Origin: an uncultured Coriobacteriales bacterium
GTDB lineage: Bacteria > Actinomycetota > Coriobacteriia > Coriobacteriales > Eggerthellaceae
Reading direction: 5' to 3'
DNA: 64,000 nt
Assembly: GCA_946892075.1 (NCBI GenBank)
Contig: CAMPNZ010000001.1
Location: 1,257-65,256, forward strand
The position numbers and the translations under genes are program-made. Below are positions 19,670 through 28,591 of this stretch, one piece after another; positions within the stretch are counted from its first letter, which is position 1, and each line of letters begins with the position of its first letter. The notes under the pieces were generated by a model. It did no database searches, was not told the DNA's origin, and worked only from the letters and a program-made list of their open reading frames with translations.

Positions 19670-21373
19670 ATGTCACACGATGCATTTTCACTTACCACGC
19701 CCATCTATTATGTAAACGCGGCGCCCCATTTGGGAACGGCGTATACGACGATTGCGGCCGATGTCATTACGCGTTACGAACGCATGAAAGGACGTGCGGT
19801 TTCGTTTGTGACAGGCCTCGACGAGCACGGCCAAAAAGTTGCAAGCACGGCAGAAAGCAAGCACATGACGCCTCAAGCGTGGTGCGATTCCATGGTTCCC
19901 GCGTTCAAAAACGCCTGGGACATGCTTGATATTCGCTACACCGATTTCGTGCGTACCACCGAGCCGCGCCACACAAAAACGGTGCAGCAGTTTTGGAACG
20001 ACCTGTTTGACAAGGGCTTTCTGTACAAAAGTTGCTACGAGGGCTGGTATTGCGTTCACGAGGAAACCTACTACACGCAAAGCGACATCGAATTTGACGA
20101 AAACGACGTTGAAGTGTGTCCCGAGTGCCACCGTCCCTTGCAGCATTCGGCTGGCGAAGAGAACTGGTTTTTCAAGCTGTCGGAGTTTCAGGATAAGCTG
20201 CTTGCGTTTTACGATGAGCACCCCGACTTTATTCGCCCTGTTACCAGGCGAAACGAGGTTGTGTCGTTCGTGAAAAGCGGGCTGCGCGATTTGTCGATTT
20301 CGCGTTCAACATTTAGCTGGGGCGTTCCACTTACCTTTGACGAAGGCCACGTTGCGTATGTGTGGGCCGACGCGCTGCTTTCGTATGTTACGGGGAACGG
20401 TTTTGCGGACCCCTCGCGACCTGGCGATTTCGAGCGTTTTTGGCCGCCGGCGTACCATATTGTGGGCAAGGACATTTTGCGTTTCCATTGCGTGATTTGG
20501 CCTGCCATGCTGATGGCGGCGGGATATCCGATTGCGCATTGCGTGTTTGGCCACGGCTTTTTGCTTACCAAGGGCGAAAAAATGTCGAAGTCGCGCGGAA
20601 ACGCCATGCAGCCAGCCGATTTGGTGCGCGTGTTCGGCTCGGATGCGTATCGCTACTATTTTATGAGCGACATCCAGTTTGGCCATGACGGCTCGATTTC
20701 GCTTGAGCGCATGACGCAGGTTTATAACGCCGATTTGGCAAATACGTGGGGAAACTTGTGCAGCCGCGTGTTCAACATGACGCAGAAATATTTCGACGGG
20801 CGCGTGCCGTGCGTTGACGGTGACGGTGCGGGTGCTGGTGCTGGCGACGGCGCTGGTGACGGTGCTGGTGCTGGGGAACGCAACAACGCGAACGCTGCGG
20901 CAGAAAGCGCTGATGCAGCGTTTGTTCCTTCGCCCGAACAAGACGCGTTGTTGCACGAAAATCCGCTTCGCGATTTAGCTGACAAGCTGTTGGAAAAATA
21001 CGATCCTGCTATGGAGGCACTCGATTACATGGGCGCCGCGCTGGCTGTTCAAGAGCTTGCGTCGCGCGTGAATTTGTACGTTGAGCAGTCGGCTCCGTGG
21101 ACGCTTGCGAAACATGCCGCCACGCAGCCCCATTTGAAGCAGGTAATTTACAACTCGCTGGAGGCAATTCGCCTGATAGCGCTGTATTTAAGCCCCTTCA
21201 TGCCGCGCACGTCGGCCGAGGTGTATCGCCGTTTGGAACTTGACATCAACGAGGTGCACAATTTTGCGCACGAGAGCCAGTGGGGTATGCTTTCATCAGG
21301 CAATAAGGTAGAAGTTGGGGAAGCGCTGTTCCCTCGCTTGGATATTTCGTCGCTGAATTTGGACGATGAATAA
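19670..21373 (+). CDS. metG: methionyl-tRNA synthetase
   Basis: class I HIGH-like (NAAPHLGTAYT) and KMSKS motifs plus anticodon-binding domain; contains a Gly/Ala/Asp low-complexity insertion (GDGAGAGAGDGAGDGAGAG). Confidence 0.9.
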   Translation: MSHDAFSLTTPIYYVNAAPHLGTAYTTIAADVITRYERMKGRAVSFVTGLDEHGQKVASTAESKHMTPQAWCDSMVPAFKNAWDMLDIRYTDFVRTTEPRHTKTVQQFWNDLFDKGFLYKSCYEGWYCVHEETYYTQSDIEFDENDVEVCPECHRPLQHSAGEENWFFKLSEFQDKLLAFYDEHPDFIRPVTRRNEVVSFVKSGLRDLSISRSTFSWGVPLTFDEGHVAYVWADALLSYVTGNGFADPSRPGDFERFWPPAYHIVGKDILRFHCVIWPAMLMAAGYPIAHCVFGHGFLLTKGEKMSKSRGNAMQPADLVRVFGSDAYRYYFMSDIQFGHDGSISLERMTQVYNADLANTWGNLCSRVFNMTQKYFDGRVPCVDGDGAGAGAGDGAGDGAGAGERNNANAAAESADAAFVPSPEQDALLHENPLRDLADKLLEKYDPAMEALDYMGAALAVQELASRVNLYVEQSAPWTLAKHAATQPHLKQVIYNSLEAIRLIALYLSPFMPRTSAEVYRRLELDINEVHNFAHESQWGMLSSGNKVEVGEALFPRLDISSLNLDDE

Positions 21374-22425
21374 TGGACGCGCAAGACGAGGAGCAGTGGG
21401 CGGCAAGCACCGATTTTTTCTTCTACAAAAAGAAGAAAAAAGGTAAGTTTGCGCAGGTAGAGTACCCGCGCCTTCCGATGAGTGTTGTCGACACTCACAC
21501 GCATTTTCATATGTTGCCCAATCCGGCGTTTGAGCTGGCGCGTTGCGCGTTTCATCACGTCGATTTTTTGGGAATGATTACCGACCCCTCCGAAACGGGA
21601 ACCTCAAAAGCCGATGCGCTTGATATGTGGTTGCAGCGTTGTAACGAGGAAATTGCCGAGCGCTTGGATGGGGCGTTTCAGGCTCCTGAAGTGGGGATAA
21701 TTGCGGGCGTTCATCCGCATAACGCGCGCTTGCTTACGCCTGCGGTGCGCGAGCAACTGTGCGAGCTGCTTGCGCGGGCGGGCTGTCGTGCGGTTGGCGA
21801 AGTGGGGCTTGATTACTATTACGACTTGTCGCCGCGCGATGTGCAGCAGCAGGTGTTTCGCGAGCACATCCGCTTGGCGCATCGCTTTAAGCTGCCCATC
21901 ATGTTGCATTTGCGCGACGCCGAGCTTGCTACAGATGACGGCGCAGGCGCCGCTGCTGGCGAAGGTGTTGCTGGCGAAGGTGTTGCTGGCGAAGCTGCTG
22001 CGAACGACGCTTCACCAGCCATAAGCGCCAACGCGCACGCTGATGCGCTGCGTATTCTGCACCAGGAAGGTTTTCCTGAAGCGGGTACTATCGTTCATTG
22101 TTGCACGCTTGCTGCCGACGAGCTGCGGCCGTTCGTAGAGGCCGATTGCTATATTGCCTACGGTGGCGCGTTTACGTTCAAAAAGAACGAAGCGGTGCGG
22201 CATGCCATGGAAATTGTGCCGTTGAACAGGCTTTTAACAGAAACCGATTCGCCGTATATGGCACCTGAGCCCATGCGCGGAACCACGTGCACGCCCGCTC
22301 ATGTTATTTTCAACGCGCATGCGCTTGCTGCGTGGCGAGCCGAGGCCTTGGGCGAAAGTGAAATGCAGGTTTATCAGGCATTATGGGATAACGCACACCG
22401 TATTTTGCGAAGGAGACCTTCTTGA
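21373..22425 (+). CDS. tatD: TatD-family metal-dependent hydrolase
   Basis: SVVDTHTHFHML...GEVGLDYYY...LPIMLHLRDA motifs; ATG overlaps the metG TAA (TAATG); low-complexity insertion (AGEGVAGEGVAGEAAA). Confidence 0.85.
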   Translation: MDAQDEEQWAASTDFFFYKKKKKGKFAQVEYPRLPMSVVDTHTHFHMLPNPAFELARCAFHHVDFLGMITDPSETGTSKADALDMWLQRCNEEIAERLDGAFQAPEVGIIAGVHPHNARLLTPAVREQLCELLARAGCRAVGEVGLDYYYDLSPRDVQQQVFREHIRLAHRFKLPIMLHLRDAELATDDGAGAAAGEGVAGEGVAGEAAANDASPAISANAHADALRILHQEGFPEAGTIVHCCTLAADELRPFVEADCYIAYGGAFTFKKNEAVRHAMEIVPLNRLLTETDSPYMAPEPMRGTTCTPAHVIFNAHALAAWRAEALGESEMQVYQALWDNAHRILRRRPS

Positions 22426-23621
22426 ACCGTTTGATTATTATGGGCTCGCCGCGCTCGCATGGACGCTGCGCCGCCTTGGCAGAAGTGTTGTTTGATACCT
22501 ACATCGAACAGTATCCGCATGATGCCATTTTTTTGGCTCCTATCTCGGAATTGACGCTTGATTTCTTGCACAAGCAGCTTCCGAACGCAAGTGCGCCGCT
22601 GCCGCTTGCTGAACCAAGTGCGCCCACGCAAACGCCGCTTGCTGAAGCTGAAGCAAACGTTCCCGCGCAAACAAGCGTGCTACCAGCCCAAATACAAGAT
22701 GCAAGCGCGCAGCCCGGTGCAACGCAGCCTGTGCAGCCCGGTTCCACGCATCAAGCGCAGTGCGTTCCCGATGCGTGCGCTGCCAAGCAGCTTGATGAGT
22801 ATGCGTACCTTTTTGAGTGTTCCGATGACATGAAAGAACTGTACGCGCAGCTTAATTCCGCAGATGAGCTGATTATTGTGTCGCCTGTTTATTTTTCGGG
22901 CGCGCCGGCCGAGTTCAAGGTGTTGCTTGATCGCATGCAGCCCTACTATCTGCGCAATCGTGCGCTTGGCGTTGAAAAAGCCGCCTATAAGCCGGCAATT
23001 TTGCACATCGTTGGCGAGGGCGGCGATCCGCACGGGTTTAAGGCGCTTGCTTCGGAAGTGAAAAGTGCCTTTTCACAGGCGGGTTTTGCCGTGTCGCGCG
23101 TTCTGAATTGGGTGGGGTGCATAAGCGAAGACGGCTCCATTTTGCACGATCCGTGCGATATTGAGGACGCGGTGTTCGGTGACGAACGCACGCACCAATC
23201 TCAAAGCGAGCAAGGTTGCGATAGCAAGAACAAACGCGGTTTAGAACAAGCGCGCGAATGCGAACGAGCAGGCAAACGCGCAGGTGAACCCGCAGGTGAG
23301 TATCCAAATGAACCCACACACGAGTTTGCAGATGAGCTTGCGCCTGCACCGAAGCATGCGCCCGCGTCCGCACCTGCGCATACGCGCCCTAAGCTGTCGC
23401 TATCAGGCGATACGTCCGCGCACGCATCGCAGAGTGCTAAGCGGAAAGCACCATCGTCACGTTCTGCGAGCAATGCGCGCCCATCTTCTGGAACAAAGGG
23501 AACAACTCGCACAAAAAATGCCCATCAACCTGCGAAAAAGTCACATGCTTTAAGCGCATCAAACACATCCGCTGCCTCCCGCACTCCGCGCGCATCGAAA
23601 AAGGGCAAGAACCGTGGATAG
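22422..23621 (+). CDS. flavodoxin-like / NADPH-dependent FMN reductase family protein fused to about 140-aa basic disordered C-terminal tail
   Basis: TTG start 5 nt after AAGGAGA, overlapping the tatD stop; LIIMGSPRSHGRC...IIVSPVYFSGAPAEFKVLLDR flavodoxin-fold pattern; tail rich in K/R/S/A/T. Confidence 0.55.
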   Translation: MNRLIIMGSPRSHGRCAALAEVLFDTYIEQYPHDAIFLAPISELTLDFLHKQLPNASAPLPLAEPSAPTQTPLAEAEANVPAQTSVLPAQIQDASAQPGATQPVQPGSTHQAQCVPDACAAKQLDEYAYLFECSDDMKELYAQLNSADELIIVSPVYFSGAPAEFKVLLDRMQPYYLRNRALGVEKAAYKPAILHIVGEGGDPHGFKALASEVKSAFSQAGFAVSRVLNWVGCISEDGSILHDPCDIEDAVFGDERTHQSQSEQGCDSKNKRGLEQARECERAGKRAGEPAGEYPNEPTHEFADELAPAPKHAPASAPAHTRPKLSLSGDTSAHASQSAKRKAPSSRSASNARPSSGTKGTTRTKNAHQPAKKSHALSASNTSAASRTPRASKKGKNRG

Positions 23622-24783
23622 CGCGGGCGGAACCGTGGACGCCACCAGCAGAAACGCCGATAGCGCGGGCGTAACCGTGGGAGCCACCAGCAGAAACGCC
23701 GCTAGCGCCTGCACCCCAGCGCTCTCCTTCGAGCCCTTACACGCTTCCGACCAGCGCTTATCGTGGCTCTTGCCAAGCGACACGCTGGCGAACGCCTCTC
23801 GCACGCGCGCCGTTCTTGATGCGTTTGATTTGCGTGCAAAGTATCGCTTTGGGCAAAATTTTCTTGTTAATCAGGCGATTATCGATAAAATAATTCAGTT
23901 GTCGCAGCTTACGGATGACGATTATGTACTGGAAGTTGGTCCTGGCATTGGCACGCTTACGCGCGCGTTGTTGCAGCATGCGCACCAGGTGTGTTCCATT
24001 GAGTGTGACGCTCAGCTGCCGCGCGTGTTGCACGAAACGCTTGCGCCGTGGCTTGATCATTGGACGCTTATCCAGGCTGATGCGCTTGATGTGAACGCGC
24101 TTCCGCCCGCGCCCGACGTGCTTCCCACCAAGCTCATCAGCAACTTGCCCTACGCGGTGGCCGCCACGATTGTGCTTGATTATTTCACGCGCTTTCCGTC
24201 GTTGCGCAGCGCTACCGTTATGGTGCAAAAAGAGGTTGCGCAGCGTATGTGCGCGCAGCCGGGCACCAAGGCCTATGGAGCGTACACTGTCAAGTTATCC
24301 CTGCTTGCGCGGCCTGTCGGCATGTTTTCTGTGGCGCCGTCGAACTTTTTCCCCGCACCTCATGTGGAAAGCACGGTCATTCGCCTTGATCGGTTGAGCG
24401 CCGCTGACGCGCCCTATCAGCCCTGCGAATTGCCTGCTATCACGCGTGCGATTGAAGCGGCGTTTGCTAACCGCCGCAAAACGATTCTGAACTCGATGCG
24501 CACCTTTTTTGCGGGCTCGTGTGTAGGAACGGGAACGCGTGGCGCAGCAACGGGAACGCGCGGCACGGAAAGTGGTATGGGTACAGCAACGGAAACGCCA
24601 GCGCGGGGAATGGGTGCAGGTAGCGTAGCTGTAAGCGGCAACGACACGCGCGCTACGCTGACGGATAGGCTGGTAGACGCGCTGCATGTTGCGGGCATTG
24701 CACCTGATGTTCGCGGGGAAACGCTCTCTCGCGAGCAATTCATTACGCTGGGAAAAGCCTTGTTAAGCTGCGGCATTGTTTAG
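23614..24783 (+). CDS. rsmA: 16S rRNA (adenine1518/1519-N6)-dimethyltransferase
   Basis: RFGQNFLVNQAIIDKII...LEVGPGIGTLTRAL...NLPYAVAATI KsgA motifs; true start uncertain (GTG 23614 gives a 70-aa repeat-containing extension; TTG near 23770 is an alternative); Gly/Thr low-complexity insertion near the C-terminus. Confidence 0.8.
   Translation: MDSAGGTVDATSRNADSAGVTVGATSRNAASACTPALSFEPLHASDQRLSWLLPSDTLANASRTRAVLDAFDLRAKYRFGQNFLVNQAIIDKIIQLSQLTDDDYVLEVGPGIGTLTRALLQHAHQVCSIECDAQLPRVLHETLAPWLDHWTLIQADALDVNALPPAPDVLPTKLISNLPYAVAATIVLDYFTRFPSLRSATVMVQKEVAQRMCAQPGTKAYGAYTVKLSLLARPVGMFSVAPSNFFPAPHVESTVIRLDRLSAADAPYQPCELPAITRAIEAAFANRRKTILNSMRTFFAGSCVGTGTRGAATGTRGTESGMGTATETPARGMGAGSVAVSGNDTRATLTDRLVDALHVAGIAPDVRGETLSREQFITLGKALLSCGIV
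23617..23709. repeat. 42-bp tandem duplication (2.1 copies) at the flavodoxin/rsmA junction
   Basis: gatagcgcgggcggaaccgtggacgccaccagcagaaacgcc followed by a near-identical copy. Confidence 0.7.
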
Positions 24784-24908
24784 TAGGAAAGACGCCTCGT
24801 ACGCCAACGCTCCACGCACAATCACCCTGTACGCTACCGCCTCGTACGCTACCACTCCATGCACAATCGCACCGCACCCCGCGCGCCGCATCCACATCCG
24901 CTCCCACT

Positions 24909-24985
24909 ACCGCACCTCGCATCTGCGCATTCCCATCCAAGTGAAAACTTACACAAAAAATGACCCAAGTTTTCACTTGAACCCA
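24909..24985. repeat. about 75-bp repeat unit copy 1, containing a perfect 13-bp-stem hairpin (CAAGTGAAAACTT / AAGTTTTCACTTG, loop acacaaaaaatgaccc)
   Basis: direct reading; copy 2 at 25127-25200 is about 90% identical. Confidence 0.7.
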
Positions 24986-25126
24986 TTCACACGTCCACGC
25001 TTGCGTCCGTGTCTCGCACCCAGCGTCCACCTTTTCGCACCGTACAGGAACTATTTTCATGCTCTTACCTGGTCAAATACCTGCGTGTTGTGCACGAATC
25101 CTCACATCCATGTTCCGGTATGCACC

Positions 25127-25200
25127 ACCGCACCTCGCATCTGCGCATTCCTCCCAAGTGAAAACTTCCGCAAAAAATGACCCAAGTTTTCACTTCATTG
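25127..25200. repeat. about 75-bp repeat unit copy 2 with a 12-bp-stem hairpin (AAGTGAAAACTT / AAGTTTTCACTT, loop ccgcaaaaaatgaccc)
   Basis: direct reading. Confidence 0.7.
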
Positions 25201-25230
25201 ATAGATATAGGGATATTACGTGGTATCATT

Positions 25231-25268
25231 AAGTAGAAACTTATGCAAAAAATGACCCAAGTTTTCAC
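25231..25268. repeat. third, degenerate copy of the hairpin module (aagtagaaactt-atgcaaaaaatgaccc-aagttttcac)
   Basis: direct reading. Confidence 0.55.
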
Positions 25269-25489
25269 AAGGGGGTTACGCTTCTGCGTTCGCGTCCGCC
25301 GCGACACGCAAGCCGCGACACGCAGGCCGCGCACCCCGCAAGCCGCTGCCGCCCGTGCCCAGCACCGCACCCCGCGCCAGCACCAGCACCCGCTCCCGCA
25401 CCGCGCGCCCGGCACCGCGCGAGCGCTGCCATCTGACCAGCGGCACCATCCGTTCCCGCACAAGACCTTACGTGATGAAAGGGGTACTT

Positions 25490-26794
25490 ATGATAAACTT
25501 CATACAGCGCGATCGGTATTTAACCAGGTTAATCGACAAAAAAGAAAACGGCCTCATCAAGGTTATTACGGGCATAAGGCGCTGCGGGAAAAGTTTTCTT
25601 TTGTTTCATTTGTTTCGAGCATACCTTCTTTCGCACGGAATTTCTGAAGAACAAATTATCGCTGTTACACTTGACGATGATCGCTTTGTGCGATACCGCA
25701 ATCCAAGTGAATTATCGCGCTTCATACGTTCGCAAATTACCAGTTCAAAGATGTATTATGTCTTTATCGATGAAGTTCAATACGCAATTAGCAAAAATGA
25801 GCTTCAGCACCCCGATGAAATAAAGCTTTATAACGTGTTAAATGGACTGATGCGGCTTCATAATGTTGATATTTATGTTACGGGAAGCAATTCTAAGCTG
25901 CTTTCCACCGATGTAATGACAGCATTTAGAGGAAGGGGCGATTCTGTAGAACTGTATCCGTTGTCGTTTAAGGAGTATTTTGAGTTCTCGAAACAGGCCG
26001 CTCATCTGGACAAAACGCAAGCGTTTGAAGACTATGCGCTGTATGGCGGTATGCCTCAACTGCTAACATATACGCGCGATGAAGAAAAAGAGCTGTACCT
26101 TAAAAAGCTATTTTCAGAAGTGTATTTTAAGGATATCTGCGATCGTTATACCGTAAAATTGCCCGAGGTATTAGAAAGCCTTGCTGATGATTTATGTTCG
26201 TCGGTGGGTTCACTTACCAATGCAAAAAAAATTGCCAACACACTAGCAACGGTAAAGAATAATAAGGTGTCTGTAAGCACAATCGCAAAATATCTCACGT
26301 ATTTAACCGATTCATTTCTGTTTTCCGAGGCAAAGCGATACGACGTGAAAGGAAAGAAATATTTTGAGTATCCTGTAAAATATTATTGCACTGATATCGG
26401 CCTTCGCAATGCTCGGTTAAATTTTAGGCAGCAAGAAGAGCCGCACATTACAGAAAATATCCTCTATAACGAATTGATTGCGCGCGGATATTCTGTTGAC
26501 GTTGGTATTGTAGAATTGAACGAATCTGTGGGGGGTAATCCGCGAAAAAAGCAGTGCGAAATTGACTTCGTTGTTAATAGGGGCTCACGACGCTACTACA
26601 TTCAGTCTGCGTTATACCTTGATACCCCCGAAAAACTTGCTACCGAGTTACGTCCGCTAAAGCATACGAACGATTTTTTCAAGAAAATTATCGTATCAAA
26701 AACCCTTGCGCGACCCTGGTTTGACGAAGATGGCATTGTGCACATGGGTTTGTATGATTTTTTGCTGGATGAGAACTCACTTAACTGGTCGTGA
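25490..26794 (+). CDS. AAA+ ATPase of the AAA_14 + DUF4143 family (COG1373-type), low-GC
   Basis: AAAGGGG SD 5 nt before the ATG; Walker A GIRRCGKSFLL, Walker B YVFIDEVQY; about 435 aa typical of the family; GC about 42% against a ~57% background. Confidence 0.75.
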   Translation: MINFIQRDRYLTRLIDKKENGLIKVITGIRRCGKSFLLFHLFRAYLLSHGISEEQIIAVTLDDDRFVRYRNPSELSRFIRSQITSSKMYYVFIDEVQYAISKNELQHPDEIKLYNVLNGLMRLHNVDIYVTGSNSKLLSTDVMTAFRGRGDSVELYPLSFKEYFEFSKQAAHLDKTQAFEDYALYGGMPQLLTYTRDEEKELYLKKLFSEVYFKDICDRYTVKLPEVLESLADDLCSSVGSLTNAKKIANTLATVKNNKVSVSTIAKYLTYLTDSFLFSEAKRYDVKGKKYFEYPVKYYCTDIGLRNARLNFRQQEEPHITENILYNELIARGYSVDVGIVELNESVGGNPRKKQCEIDFVVNRGSRRYYIQSALYLDTPEKLATELRPLKHTNDFFKKIIVSKTLARPWFDEDGIVHMGLYDFLLDENSLNWS

Positions 26795-26807
26795 TGCCTT
26801 TTGCGCA

Positions 26808-26890
26808 CGTTCTCGGCCACGTTCCCACGTGCCGCCGCGTTCTCGGCCACGTTCTCACGTGCCGCCGCGTTCTCGGTCACGTTCACGTTC
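26808..26890. repeat. 30-bp tandem repeat (2.3 copies; cgttctcggccacgttc(c/t)cacgtgccgccg) with CACGTG palindromes and CACGTTCCC cores, directly after the ATPase stop
   Basis: direct reading. Confidence 0.7.
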
Positions 26891-27069
26891 CAGCACCTGT
26901 TCCCGTTCTTGGCCACGTTCCCAAACACCGCCGCGCTCGCGCATTTCTTGCGCCTCGCCATCGCTTGCATTATGTGGTAAAATGGTTCGGTTATTTTTGT
27001 AAGGTGGCTTATAGCGCGCACGTATGGCGCCTTGATAAGCATGTATCTTCACGAAAGAAAGTTTTACCT

Positions 27070-27597
27070 ATGAATTTGGAAGAACAAGCGAAAATTGTCG
27101 ACACAATTCACGATACCTTGGCTGAGCATCTTGGAGAAAAACTGCAGGTGCGAGCTAATATGGGGCGTTCTAAAATTATGGAGCTCGAAGGAACGCTTGC
27201 ACAAATTCATCCGCGTTTGTTCATTATTGACATCGAACGCAAACGCGGACGCATTGCGCGCCAGTCGTATCAGTATGTAGACATTTTGACGGGTGTTGTG
27301 GAGTTGTACCAGGATGACAAGCCCTTATTCGAACCGTTTGTGGATGACCAGGGCGACATGGGTTCGCATTTGGTGCAGTCGCTGCTTGAGGCCGATTTAG
27401 CTGACGATGGTTCTGATTTGGATGATGAGCCTGATGAGGCTGATATGATGAGCGATGCCGATGCACTTGATGTTGATGATAGCATTGATGACGATGCCGA
27501 CGTTGACGTTGATGGCGACGAAGGCTTGGATGACAATTCCGACGACGCCAACTTTCATGATGATGCGTCGGCTCATGTTCGCGCCAGGAAAAAATAG
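27070..27597 (+). CDS. veg: Veg-family protein (DUF1021) with about 85-aa highly acidic C-terminal extension
   Basis: N-terminal 90 aa (LGEKLQVRANMGRSKIMELEGTLAQIHPRLFIIDIERKRG...QSYQYVDILTGVVEL) match the Veg fold; tail is more than 45% Asp/Glu. Confidence 0.7.
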   Translation: MNLEEQAKIVDTIHDTLAEHLGEKLQVRANMGRSKIMELEGTLAQIHPRLFIIDIERKRGRIARQSYQYVDILTGVVELYQDDKPLFEPFVDDQGDMGSHLVQSLLEADLADDGSDLDDEPDEADMMSDADALDVDDSIDDDADVDVDGDEGLDDNSDDANFHDDASAHVRARKK

Positions 27598-27761
27598 AAA
27601 AATAAGGCTATTTTGCATACTTGCGCAAAAGGTAATTGACAAATTGCGCTGTAATGCAGAAAATACTAGTTACGCATTCGAGCACGCGCGCGTTTAATCG
27701 TCTGAATGTTTATTAGTTTGGGTGTTTGAGCGTTGTTTTTGTAAGCTTGAATGTAGTTTGT

Positions 27762-27837
27762 GGGGATGTAGCTCAGTTGGGAGAGCATCACGTTCGCAAC
27801 GTGGGGGTCGTGGGTTCGAATCCCATCATCTCCACCA
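27762..27837 (+). tRNA. tRNA-Ala (anticodon CGC)
   Basis: cloverleaf with G3:U70 pair in the acceptor stem, anticodon loop TTCGCAA, T-loop TTCGAAT, encoded CCA. Confidence 0.9.
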
Positions 27838-28142
27838 CAACTTCTTTAATCTTTTATGCGCTTGAAGTGCGCAAACATTCTTTATAACCATACTTTCTAT
27901 CGTTGGATAACACTCATCGTAACTAATTCGGGAAGTAATGCTTAACGGACGTGCTCAAAGGCTGTACGTGCGTGCCTCTGCCTGACTTTTTAGCAAAACG
28001 CAATTATGACAACGCAAGCCTACGCACCCGCCGCATGTGTTGTAATTCGTTTCACCAGGTAAAATGCTATTTTGGCGATGTGTTTAATGCCAAAAATATA
28101 AAAGGTAAAAATCCATTTTTTGAATCTCAGAAATCAATTTTT

Positions 28143-28171
28143 TTGAATCTTAGGTTGGCAGAGCGTATAAT
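28143..28171 (+). promoter_or_regulatory. canonical sigma-70-type promoter (TTGAAT - 17 nt - TATAAT) in the low-GC islet downstream of tRNA-Ala
   Basis: perfect -10 hexamer and 5/6 -35 hexamer at 17-nt spacing, about 110 nt upstream of the small-protein gene pair. Confidence 0.45.
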
Positions 28172-28280
28172 CCAAGCAAAGTTGTACGTGGTGTCAGATA
28201 CGATTCAGTCAGGACTATAAAGACCTCTCATCTAAGAATTAGTGATAGAGCTAAAAATTCGTATGGAAGATAGGATAGCC

Positions 28281-28541
28281 ATGATTTCTTTTGAACAAGC
28301 CAAGAAAAAAGCACAGAATGACGTAAGCAATTTTCAAGAATTTGATTTGTGTGTAGAGCACGATAACGCTTTCGTGTTTTACAGTGGCTGCGATTGCGAA
28401 GATGAAGAACCTGTTATTGGTGGTTATACCTCGCCTTTTATTATTTGGAAGAAGGATGGGTCTATCGATTTCGGTTTTGCAGCTGCAATGTTTGATGATA
28501 CGTTAGGGAACGAATTAAAAAAGACGAAGCTTAACCATTAA
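28281..28541 (+). CDS. small hypothetical protein (86 aa), paralog of the next gene; immunity-protein-like
   Basis: AGGA SD 5 nt before the ATG; low GC; shares the pattern hydrophobic-YVF-Y...G...P.I..KK.G with the downstream ORF. Confidence 0.5.
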   Translation: MISFEQAKKKAQNDVSNFQEFDLCVEHDNAFVFYSGCDCEDEEPVIGGYTSPFIIWKKDGSIDFGFAAAMFDDTLGNELKKTKLNH

Positions 28542-28591
28542 CCTTTGAAGGCACTTAGCCGAGAATGTGTTTTAAGGTTTAGGAGGTAACA

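Noticed and set aside
25355-25489. N-terminal 45-codon extension of the first DUF4143 ATPase (ORF-track start 25355)
   Set aside because: The extension is GC-rich and Pro/Arg/Thr-rich, unlike the low-GC gene body, and the AAAGGGG SD sits right before ATG 25490. It is an upstream read-through of an open frame in repeat DNA.
27637-27660. TTGACA-containing putative promoter for tRNA-Ala
   Set aside because: There is a good -35 hexamer but no acceptable -10 at 16-18-nt spacing, so the evidence is insufficient to annotate.
27951-28220. 89-aa ORF immediately after tRNA-Ala
   Set aside because: It has no SD, overlaps the consensus promoter it would have to be transcribed from, and its amino-acid composition is odd. 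It is likely non-coding.
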